Assembly: GCF_006345805.1 (NCBI RefSeq)
Contig: NC_043009.1
Coordinates: 930,001-994,000, forward strand
Direction of reading: 5' to 3'
Source: Octopus sinensis
Taxonomy: Eukaryota
DNA: 64,000 nucleotides
Below the pieces are notes generated by a model, which was given only the letters and a program-made list of their open reading frames with translations, made no database searches and was not told where the DNA came from. Below are positions 59,308-64,000 of the stretch, in pieces (the stretch's first letter is position 1; the number at the start of each line of letters is the position of its first letter). The translations under genes were made by a program, and so were the position numbers.

Positions 59308-60136
59308 TATATATATATATATATATACATACACACATATATAAATATATATATATATACGTACATATATATATATATATATATATACATATATACATAT
59401 ACATACACATGCACAGACACATATATATATATACATACATATACTCTTTTACTCTTTTACTTGTTTCAGTCATTTGACTGCGGCCATGCTGGAGCACCGC
59501 CTATAGTCAAGCAAATCAACCTCAGGACTTATTATTTGGAAGCCTAGTACTTATTCTATCGGTCTCTTTTGCCGAACCACTAAGTTACGGGGACATAAAC
59601 ACACCACCATCGGTTGTCAAGCGATGTTGGGGGGACACAGACACACAAACACACGTACATGATATATATACATATATACGATGGGCTTCTTTCAGTTTCC
59701 ATCTACCAAATCCACTCACAAGGCTTTGGTCGGCCCAAGGCTCTAGTAGAAGACACTTACCCAAGGTGCCACGCAGTGGGACTGAACCCAGAACCATATG
59801 GTTGGTAAGCAAAGTTTCCATATAGCAATTCCATTCGCAAGGTTTTGATTGTTCCAGGGTTATAGTAGAACGTACTTGCCCAAGGTACCACACTGTGGGA
59901 CAGAACTCAAAGCCATGTGGTTTAGGAACAAACTTTTTAACCACATACCCACACCTTCAAAATTTGCAAAATTGTGAACTATGTCAAAAAATATTTTGGT
60001 AAGACAGCAGATAGCTCTCTGAAATTACAGGTATTTAGAAATAGATTTGGAAAACAAATTTTAATATTTGAAACACTTACTTGACAGTTATCTGTTTTTG
60101 TTCTTGATCATCAACAGGAAATGTAGGCAGAAATTT
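3918..60136 (-). CDS. NFRKB: NFRKB / INO80 complex subunit G orthologue, spliced CDS span (22 exons in window, 5' end outside window)
   Basis: Spliced translation matches known NFRKB motifs: FLPx[12 protein letters not shown] (DEUBAD), [98 protein letters not shown]. All introns are GT-AG and phase-compatible; total 3882 nt, divisible by 3, ending in TGA. Confidence 0.95.
4640..4990 (-). mobile_element. Degraded LINE RT C-terminal remnant
   Basis: Track ORF 4677-4874 [23 protein letters not shown]...APDRTIYR resembles the RRGRP..W.DNI...A.DR..W C-terminus of RTE/L2-type ORFs. Confidence 0.5.
5512..5658 (-). CDS. NFRKB: NFRKB exon (147 nt) [27 protein letters not shown]...VSQ
   Basis: ttttaaag/gtaact; phase 1-1. 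Confidence 0.8.
7160..7534 (+). mobile_element. Non-autonomous Helitron
   Basis: 5' TC after a host A, 3' CTAG before a host T, GC-rich hairpin CCCGAGCAACGCCGGG (7507-7522) about 10 nt from the end, no TSD. Confidence 0.8.
8478..8693 (-). CDS. NFRKB: NFRKB exon (216 nt) [16 protein letters not shown]...GNITLRP
   Basis: ttcattcag/gtaagt; phase 1-1. Confidence 0.83.
8785..9234 (+). mobile_element. Two abutting TTAA MITEs sharing the TTAA at 9041-9044
   Basis: TTAA|CCTTTT...AAAAGGA|TTAA|CCTTTTAGCATT... Confidence 0.6.
9240..9625 (-). mobile_element. Complete copy of the microsatellite-containing SINE
   Basis: Reverse complement of the 51522-51950 family. Confidence 0.82.
9641..9874 (-). CDS. 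NFRKB: NFRKB exon (234 nt) [19 protein letters not shown]...TRPTSST
   Basis: tttgtag/gtaagc; phase 1-1; composition like neighbouring tail exons. Confidence 0.83.
11196..12428 (+). mobile_element. Cluster of Helentron/HINE(DINE-1)-like elements (partial, partial, complete)
   Basis: TTATTA-CCTCYGCCTT-AGCG-AAGGCAGAGG 5' hairpin, TGTT microsatellite, 3' subterminal GGCAGAGG inverted repeat, ends CTAGT; head-to-tail copies at 11893-12116 and 12127-12428. Confidence 0.6.
14118..14586 (+). mobile_element. Non-autonomous Helitron (same termini, different interior)
   Basis: A|TC start, CCTGAGCAACGTCGGGCTATACTGCTAG|T end. Confidence 0.8.
14735..14985 (-). mobile_element. tRNA-derived SINE with a V-domain-like gcaatggactggcatcccgtccagggg motif
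   Basis: Head gctaagtggttag...gtggtttcgattc at the right end; a related copy lies at 45730-46130. Confidence 0.6.
16356..16850 (+). mobile_element. 5'-truncated, degraded RTE 3' fragment with a 20-bp tandem at its 5' end and a (GAT)n tail
   Basis: Encodes MDEDxCVKKC..[24 protein letters not shown] with stops, followed by the shared RTE tail. Confidence 0.85.
17205..17645. repeat. (TG)n and degenerate TG/ATG low-complexity tract just downstream of the large exon
   Basis: Visible; source of the His/Thr and Val/Cys pseudo-ORFs. Confidence 0.9.
17685..18576 (-). CDS. NFRKB: NFRKB large exon (892 nt), S/T/A-rich low-complexity region
   Basis: ttttcag acceptor, gtaatg donor; core of the 423-aa track ORF; phase 0 in, phase 1 out. 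Confidence 0.88.
19142..27376. repeat. 135-bp tandem satellite, ~61 copies, very homogeneous, derived from an RTE 3' end
   Basis: Unit ACCTGTGCCAGTGGCACGTTGGGCCTCAAGGAGGTGATGAGTGACTGATACCTTTGGCAATATGTCATGCTTGAGAAGACCCGTCAAACCAAGTGAAACTGTAGACGCAGCTGATGCTGGTGTCACGTAGGAGAC; the 45-aa period is visible in the ORF track. Confidence 0.98.
27473..27546 (-). CDS. NFRKB: NFRKB exon (74 nt) [25 protein letters not shown]
   Basis: tttcag/gtaagt; matches ERIHQAQAAAAKARKALQQKPK. Confidence 0.93.
28605..32124 (-). mobile_element. Near-full-length RTE-clade non-LTR retrotransposon (LINE), intact single ORF
   Basis: 1097-aa ORF, 3' UTR ending in (GAT)n, flanked on both sides by TT(AT)n tracts (28581-28604, 32125-32141) as a probable TSD. 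Confidence 0.95.
28828..32121 (-). CDS. RTE ORF: APE-type endonuclease + reverse transcriptase + PHD-type finger
   Basis: EN motifs [34 protein letters not shown]; RT motifs [39 protein letters not shown] (29881-29892), [15 protein letters not shown]. Confidence 0.95.
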   Translation of the reverse strand: MSTANTSSCPRRGQVGREIKRKIPRKLSPPQQPSSSQATNPPHPPHISFPVFRVGTINVGTLTGKSSEIVEMLERRQVDVCCIQEVRWRDASARVLTDKALRYKLYWQGNAEGVGGVGILLAEEWVDKVIEVVRVCDRVLKLRLVLQSGTAMIISAYVPQAGLPNDQKDNFYDTLLQATSKTSNKDLIFVGGDFNGHVGRESGIFTGVHGGYGIGTRNDEGTRLLEFCDACNLSICNTNFKKPVCHLITYQSGDSASQIDFILTRQRDAGLLLNTKTLPGEECIPQHRLIMSDFKLEARWTPRNKPIQKRRIWRLKNPSHGQKFRDILIKKFDEREEELQTSDIEGSWEFLRDSLLSATDQVCGWCKVPSRPRITWWWNSAVDKAICEKRRAWKAWKDGGSRELYQIAKREAGRQVYIAKDVAEKKKFANVQRREDQRAEVFRIARQCVRENSDVIGEKCVRMDDGALAFTTSEKKEAWRSHYERLLNEENEWEEESLPNVDPVEGPATRIDSSLVDKAIKDMKPGKAPGLSGITAEMLKTAGYVGYAIVTRIVNQVVHNGVIPNDWCSSTIVNCYKGKGDALDRNNYRGIKLLDQVMKVSEKVITNLIRERICLDEMQFGFVPGRSTTDAIFLVRQLQEKYLAKDKPLYIAFVDLEKAFDRVPRSLIWWSMRKLEIEEWLIRAVQALYREAVSKVRIGNEYSEEFQVEVGVHQGSALSPLLFIIVLQAITEEFKTGCPWELLYADDLALIAESLPELEEKFRVWKQGLESKGLRINVAKTKVLVSSKRYSAYTPSGRWPCSTCRKGTGRNSIRCTQCKLWTHKRCSNIKGKLTEKIAFMCGRCTGTIDTTDTQKTDSITLQGEKLEVVDSFRYLGDQVSSGGGCTESITTRIRIAWAKFRKLLPLLATKGLSLRAKGRLYDACVRTAMLHGNETWAVTAEDMRRLERNEASMIRWMCSVSVHARQSVSILREMLDIRSIRCGVQERRLRWYGHVLRMDEERCVKKCHSQTVEGIRGRGRPRKTWDEVVKHDLRALGLTEAMAKDRDLWRYAVTTKTRAAFCSNSTYSLPILSTPDPQSTLDPQSTPDLVAPVPLTR
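32142..32550 (-). mobile_element. RTE-tail short element with internal tandem units, adjacent to the RTE 5' end
   Basis: Same tail and repeated ggtgcttttta...ggcatcga units. Confidence 0.8.
33186..33309 (-). CDS. NFRKB: NFRKB exon (124 nt) [41 protein letters not shown]
   Basis: ttacag/gtaatt; near-identical conserved block. Confidence 0.97.
33885..34350 (+). mobile_element. Unclassified dispersed repeat ending in (AAT)n
   Basis: An inverted partial copy lies at ~47165-47360. Confidence 0.6.
34512..34880 (-). mobile_element. Complete copy of the same HINE-like family
   Basis: Reverse complement of 11196-11400 plus 11905-12116. Confidence 0.65.
35108..35214 (-). CDS. NFRKB: NFRKB exon (107 nt) [36 protein letters not shown]
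   Basis: tgatag/gtaagc; near-identical to vertebrate NFRKB as I recall it. Confidence 0.97.
35390..35610. mobile_element. piggyBac-type MITE with TTAA TSD
   Basis: TTAA|CCCTTT...AAAGGG|TTAA. Confidence 0.8.
36383..36557 (-). CDS. NFRKB: NFRKB exon (175 nt) [58 protein letters not shown]
   Basis: ttccag/gtaagt; highly conserved NFRKB block. Confidence 0.96.
37377..37595 (+). mobile_element. TTAA MITE, second family
   Basis: TTAA|CCCTTTAGCATT...AATGCCAAAGAG|TTAC; interior homologous to 39989-40208, 57621-57844 and 9045-9234. Confidence 0.75.
39116..39176 (-). CDS. NFRKB: NFRKB exon (61 nt) [20 protein letters not shown]
   Basis: ttgtag/gtatat; matches RTDYVVRPSTGEEKRVFQEQ. Confidence 0.92.
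39738..39927 (-). CDS. NFRKB: NFRKB exon (190 nt) [24 protein letters not shown]...QGTTPPPR
   Basis: tttcag/gtaagt; matches FSPFVEFKEKTQQWK. Confidence 0.93.
39989..40208 (+). mobile_element. TTAA MITE, second family
   Basis: TTGA|CCCTTTAACATT...AATGCTAAAAGG|TTAA. Confidence 0.75.
41346..41472 (-). CDS. NFRKB: NFRKB exon (127 nt) [42 protein letters not shown]
   Basis: tttcag/gtaagt; matches LEERVLDWQSSPASSLNSW; a second in-frame donor would end the exon at 41358. Confidence 0.9.
41558..41855. mobile_element. hAT (Charlie/MER5-like) MITE
   Basis: TIRs CAGTGGTTCTTCACC / AGTTAAGAATCACTG; 8-bp GTTTAGAA on both sides (left copy offset by 4 nt). Confidence 0.72.
42925..43185 (+). mobile_element. 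Short RTE 3'-end fragment (ORF end plus shared tail)
   Basis: gagacctttgg...cttgagaagacttgtcaagcaaagtgaaatc followed by the CCATGC/GCATGG tail. Confidence 0.8.
43602..43704 (-). CDS. NFRKB: NFRKB exon (103 nt) [34 protein letters not shown], winged-helix start
   Basis: tttcag/gtaagt; SFFSLL motif. Confidence 0.92.
43998..44250 (+). mobile_element. Chimeric SINE: tRNA(Arg)-like head fused to the tail of the CORE-like SINE
   Basis: A box TGGCCTAGTGG, B box GGTTTCGATTCC; at ~44165 it switches to aaaggcggtgctccagcatggccacagtcaaatgactgaaacaag and an A-rich tail. Confidence 0.72.
44747..44954 (-). CDS. NFRKB: NFRKB exon (208 nt), Lys-rich putative NLS segment [27 protein letters not shown]...PEFPLQ
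   Basis: ttcacag/gtaagt; open and phase-compatible. Confidence 0.85.
46220..46313 (-). CDS. NFRKB: NFRKB exon (94 nt) [31 protein letters not shown]
   Basis: ttgaag/gtaaat; resembles HPDLLTGDLTLNDIMTRV. Confidence 0.88.
48679..48794 (-). CDS. NFRKB: NFRKB exon (116 nt) [39 protein letters not shown]
   Basis: ttacag/gtaagt; resembles VELGDSDLKIMLKKHHEKRK. Confidence 0.88.
49055..49350. repeat. Degenerate minisatellite, 4 units of ggtaaccatg...tacagcagcacacctgtttctg
   Basis: Motif recurs four times with CT-rich spacers. Confidence 0.7.
49430..49730 (+). mobile_element. RTE-tail short element with an internal duplication
   Basis: Two successive gtggttggtgtt.ggaagggcatccagctgtaaaa blocks, then the tail and (gat)n. 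Confidence 0.8.
50450..50690. repeat. Purine-rich (GGA/GAA) low-complexity tract
   Basis: About 240 nt, mostly A/G on the plus strand, with many G runs. Confidence 0.85.
50833..50955 (-). CDS. NFRKB: NFRKB exon (123 nt) [40 protein letters not shown]
   Basis: tttcag/gtgagt; phase-compatible. Confidence 0.82.
51522..51950 (+). mobile_element. tRNA-headed CORE-like SINE with an internal (TA/TG) microsatellite; representative of an abundant family
   Basis: gtggctgtgtggtaag head, gggttca.tccc B-box-like motif, ccttgggcaagtgtcttcta CORE-like motif, A-rich tail; other copies near 665-1030, 9240-9625, 12440-12815, 12830-13205, 16085-16330, 35820-36000, 58095-58410, 59445-59950. Confidence 0.8.
52184..52254 (-). 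CDS. NFRKB: NFRKB exon (71 nt) [24 protein letters not shown]
   Basis: ttccag/gtaagt; matches KVLREVKEECGDTALSSDEE. Confidence 0.9.
53595..53905 (+). mobile_element. tRNA-derived SINE family (head ...tagtggttag...gagttcaattccc, then gtgtccttgagcaagacac)
   Basis: A/B-box-like head and CORE-like motif; homologues at 9945-10140, 13765-14070, 56890-57190. Confidence 0.75.
54157..54372 (-). mobile_element. SINE with a gtcgactttgcctttcatcctttcggggtcgataaaataagtacc-type central domain (Meta/Sauria-like); representative
   Basis: Many diverged copies, e.g. 5100-5450, 15590-16030, 33665-33855, 34890-35090, 48290-48640, 51150-51365, 53945-54150; the domain name is inference. Confidence 0.72.
54597..54712 (-). 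CDS. NFRKB: NFRKB exon (116 nt) [38 protein letters not shown]
   Basis: tttgcag/gtaggg; open and phase-compatible with both neighbours. Confidence 0.82.
56272..56399 (-). CDS. NFRKB: NFRKB exon (128 nt) [43 protein letters not shown]
   Basis: ttgtag/gtaaga; aligns to the DEUBAD C-terminal helices (GHFNPEVVKY...QQQYFHRLLKQILASR). Confidence 0.92.
57621..57844 (+). mobile_element. TTAA MITE, second family
   Basis: TTAA|CCCTTTAGTA...AATGCTATAAGGG|TTTAA. Confidence 0.75.
57865..57932 (-). CDS. NFRKB: NFRKB exon (68 nt) [28 protein letters not shown]
   Basis: cag/gt boundaries, phase 2 in, phase 1 out; matches LFSGENFRFGNP. Confidence 0.93.
59030..59440. repeat. Compound (TA)n/(CA)n microsatellite with a short LINE-tail-like insert at ~59160-59275
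   Basis: Visible dinucleotide tracts. Confidence 0.9.
60081..60136 (-). CDS. NFRKB: NFRKB exon (56 nt) [24 protein letters not shown]
   Basis: tttcag acceptor, gtaagt donor; resembles vertebrate QFLPQFPED. Confidence 0.88.
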
Positions 60137-60370
60137 CTGAAATTTTGTATAAAAATTCTAAATGAACTTATTGCTAAAAATGATATTTAGATATTATAAA
60201 CATGAATGCGAAAGCACTGGTGCTGGTGCTACATAGAAAACAGGCTTTCAAAAATGCATGCAGCTGCAGAAACCAAGCTAAAATAGACTACAGATCCTGG
60301 TGCAGCGCCTGGCCTTGCCAACCCCTGTCAAACTGTCCAACCCATGCCAGCATGGAAAATGGACAATAAA

Positions 60371-63300
60371 TCATCATCATCATCATCATCATCATCGTTT
60401 AACGTCCGCTTTCCATGCCAGCATGGGTTGGACGGTTCAACTGGGGTCTGGGGAGCCCGAAGGCTGCACCAGGCCAGTCAGATCTGGCAGTGTTTCTACA
60501 GCTGGATGCCCTTCCTAACGCCAACCACTCCGAGAGTGTAGTGGGTGATTTTATGTGCCACCGACACAGGTGCCAGACGAGGCTGGCAGACGGCCACGCT
60601 CGGATGGTGTTTTTTATGTGCCACCGACACAGGTGCCAGACGGGGCTGGCGGACAGCCACGCTCGGATGGTGTTTGTTACGTGCCCTCAGCACGGAGGCC
60701 AGTCGTTGCGGTACTGGCTACGATCACGTTCGGATGGTTTTCTTATGTGCCACCGGCACTGGTACCACAAGGATACAAATTCCATTGATGTTCATCTATT
60801 TTGATTTGGTTCGATTTGATTTGATTTGATTCGATTCGATTCTCACTTGCCTCAACAGGTCTTCACAAGTGTCACAAGAAGGAAGGTATGCACAGGTGGA
60901 CTGACTACGTCCCAGGTAGGGGCCACGGATTATGGCTTCACTAGTCTTGCTGGGTCTTCTCACGCACAGCATACTTCCATAGGTCTCGGTCTCTAGTCAT
61001 TTCCATTGTGAGACCTAACGTCCGAAGGTCGTGCTTCACCACTTCGTCCCAGGTTTTCCTGGGTCTACCTCTTCCACGGGTTCCCTCAACTGCTAGGGAT
61101 TGGCACTTTCTCACACACCTATCTTCATCCATTCTCGCCACATGACCATACCAGCGCAATCGTCTCTCTTGCACACAACAACTGATGCTTCTTAGGTACA
61201 ACATTTCTCTCAAGGTACTAACGCTCTGTCGAGTAAGTACACTGACATTACACATCCATCGGAGCATACTGGCTTCGTTCCTCACGAGCTTACGCATGTC
61301 CTCAGCAGTCACGGCCCATGTTTCACTGCCATGTAGCATAGCTGTTCGTACACATGCATCATACAGTCTGCCTTTTACTCTGAGCGAGAGGCCTTTAGTC
61401 ACCAGCAGAGGTAAGAGCTCCCTAAACTTTGCCCAGGCTATTCTTATTCTAGCAGTTACACTTTCAGCGCACCCGCCCCCACTACTGACTTGGTCACCTA
61501 GATAGCGGAAGCTATCAACTACTTCTAGTTTTTCCCCCGGAAAGTGACGGAAGTTGTTTTTGCAGATTTTCGGAGGTCAATGCTCCAGAGCATCTGCCAC
61601 ATACAAAAACTATCTTCCCAGTTAGCCTACCTTTGACATTGCTGCACCTCTTATGTGTCCATAGCTTACACTGGGTACATCTTATAGAGTTTCTACCTAC
61701 ACCTTTTCTACAGATCGAGCAGGGCCATCTTCCTGAGGATATTTGTGGATTTTCTAACTTTCTACTTATTAGTACTTTGGTTTTAGCTAGGTTGACTCTA
61801 AGGCCCCTCGATTCTAAACCCTCCTTCCACACCTGGAACTTCTCCTCCAGTTCTGATAGTGACTCAGCGATTAGAGCGAGGTCGTCAGCATAGAGGAGCT
61901 CCCAGGGGCAACCTGTCTTGAATTCCTCCACAATTGCCTGGAGGACTATGATAAATAGGAGGGGGCTGAGTACTGAACCCTGGTGGACCCCAACCTCTAC
62001 CTTGAATTCTTCTGTGTACATGCTGCCAACTCTAACCTTACTTACGGCATCTCTGTACATGGCTTGCACAGCCCTCACCAGCCATTCATCTATCCCTAGT
62101 TTCCTCATTGACCACCAGATGAGGGATCGGGGGACCCTATCAAAGGCTTTCTCCATGTCAACGAAAGCCAGGTACAGGGGCTTATCTTTGGCTAGGTATT
62201 TCTCCTGCAGCTGCCTTACCAGGAATATAGCATCAGTGGTGCTTTTCCCTGGGACAAACCCAAACTGCATCTCATCTAAACTAACTCTCTCTCTAATTAG
62301 TTGGGCTATGACCCTCTCCGTAACCTTCATTACCTGATCCAACAGCTTGATACCTCTGTAATTATTTGTGTCCAGGGCATCACCTTTACCTTTGTAGCAG
62401 TTGACTAGTATGCTGCTACACCAGTCATTGGGTATGACTCCTTCGTGTATCACCTGGTTGACTATACGGGTGACTAGGTTATAGCCGACACTGCCAGATA
62501 TTTTGAGCATCTCTGCAGTAATTCCTGATGGGCCTGGGGCTTTCCCTGTCTTCATGCTTCTAATTGCCTTAGCTACCACGGAACTATCAACTCGGATAGC
62601 TGGTCCCTCTGTTGGGTCAACATTCGGCAGACTCTCTTTATCCCATTCATTTTCTTTATTCAGCAACCTTTCATAGTGGCATCTCCAAACCTCTCTCTTT
62701 GCATCCTCATTTAGCGCAAGTGAACCATCATCCATGCGAACACACTTCTCTCCTACCACATCACGATTCTCTCTCACACACTGTCTTGCAACACGAAATA
62801 CCTCAAGTCTTTCATCCTCACGGCTCAGAACATTGGCAAATTTTTTCTTATCCGCTTCCCCTCTGGCTAAATAAACCTGTCTCCTAGCTTCCCTTTTGGC
62901 TGTCTGATACAATTCCCTGCTACCACCGTTCTTCCAGTCCTTCCAAGCCCGTCTCTTTTGTCTAATAGCCCTGTCAACCACAGTGTTCCACCACCATGTT
63001 ACTCTAGGTCGAGATGGTACTTTGCTCCATCCACAGATCTGGTCAGTGGCTGTCAGCAGGTTGTCCCGTAGGAATCTCCAGTTGTCTTCCACATTAAGTG
63101 AAGCTATATCCCCTTCTATTTCGTCAGAGGCTTCGAGTAGTATGTCTCTAAATCTCTGTCCATTTGCAGGATCTTTAAGCTTCCAGACCCTTCTCCTCCA
63201 AGCTGGTCTTCTTCTGGGCAACCATTTAGCTCTGATCCTGAAGTCGCTAACTACTAATCTATGTTGGGGAGTACATTCTTCGCCTGGGAAGGTTTTGGCA

Positions 63301-63930
63301 TTTATAATCAGCCCTCTTTCCCTTTTTCTGGCAAGGATGTAGTCAATCTGGCTGGTGTGTCTGCCAGAACGGTAGGTGACTAGGTGAGAGGTGGGTTTCC
63401 TGAAGTGGGTATTGCAGACCATAAGGTCATTTGCATCGCAGAACTCCAGCAGCCTGGTTCCTTCCTCATTTCGAAAGCCAAAACCGTAGCCTCCATGGAC
63501 GCCATGGAAGCCCCCGACATGTCGTCCAACATGTCCATTGAAATCACCTGCCACGAAGAGAAGGTCACTGTCATTTGTCAATGAGGTAGTCCGCAATAGG
63601 GTGTCATAGAATTGGTCTTTTTGTCCTTCCGGTAGCCCTGGTTGAGGGGCATATGCCGAGATGATGGTAGCTGTCCTATGGTGAAGAACTAATCTAATTT
63701 TAATTACTCTGTCACTTACTCTCGATTACCTTACCTACCCATTTCTCCGCAAGAAGTATACCCACGCCCCCGACTCCGTCAGTGTTCCCTGCCCAGAAAA
63801 TCTTGTACCTGTGTTCCTTGCCTGTGAGGAGCCTAGCAGAACCTCCTCTCCACCTTACTTCCTGGATACAGCATACATCCACATGTCTCCGTTCAAGCAG
63901 CTCTACAATCTCTCCAGACCTACCTTTCAA
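60371..63930 (-). mobile_element. Second RTE-clade LINE (different subfamily), 5'-truncated and frameshifted
   Basis: ORF pieces 63712-63930, 61515-63596 and 60941-61402 reconstitute EN-RT-PHD-C-terminus; YADD at 61881-61892; same 3' tail as the first RTE and a (GAT)n end; homology stops at ~63930, inside EN motif I. Confidence 0.93.
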
Positions 63931-64000
63931 ATGATGACGACAAAGATGACTATACTGATGACGAATTTGAGAGAGAGCAAAGAGATACCGGTCAACTGAT

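Noticed and set aside
63931-64000. Acidic plus-strand frame (NDDDKDDYTDDEFERE) at the window edge
   Set aside because: It is too short and cut by the window end, and may simply be GAT/GAC low complexity.

Overview
Eukaryotic, AT-rich, microsatellite-dense genomic DNA. The repeat landscape (RTE LINEs, tRNA-derived SINEs, TA/CA microsatellites) suggests an octopus or other coleoid cephalopod; this is inference, not a database result. One protein-coding gene spans almost the whole window on the minus strand: an NFRKB (INO80G) orthologue. I traced 22 GT-AG coding exons by hand from 60136 to the TGA at 3918. They join in phase into 3882 nt (1293 codons plus stop) encoding most of the DEUBAD domain, the winged-helix region and a long S/T/A/Q-rich tail; the first coding exon(s) lie beyond the right edge. 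The introns hold two large RTE-clade non-LTR retrotransposons in sense orientation. One has an intact 1097-aa EN-RT ORF (28605-32124); the other is 5'-truncated and frameshifted (60371-63930). Both carry a C4HC3 PHD-type finger inside the RT domain. An 8.2-kb, ~61-copy 135-bp satellite (19142-27376) is a tandemly amplified piece of an RTE 3' end. Many short elements share the RTE 3' tail and its terminal stem-loop. Also present are several SINE families, two non-autonomous Helitrons, Helentron/HINE-like elements, TTAA (piggyBac-type) MITEs and a hAT MITE. The most interesting theme is that the RTE 3' end acts as a hub: it supplies a shared tail to short elements, seeds minisatellites and a satellite, and forms inverted pairs within the pre-mRNA.
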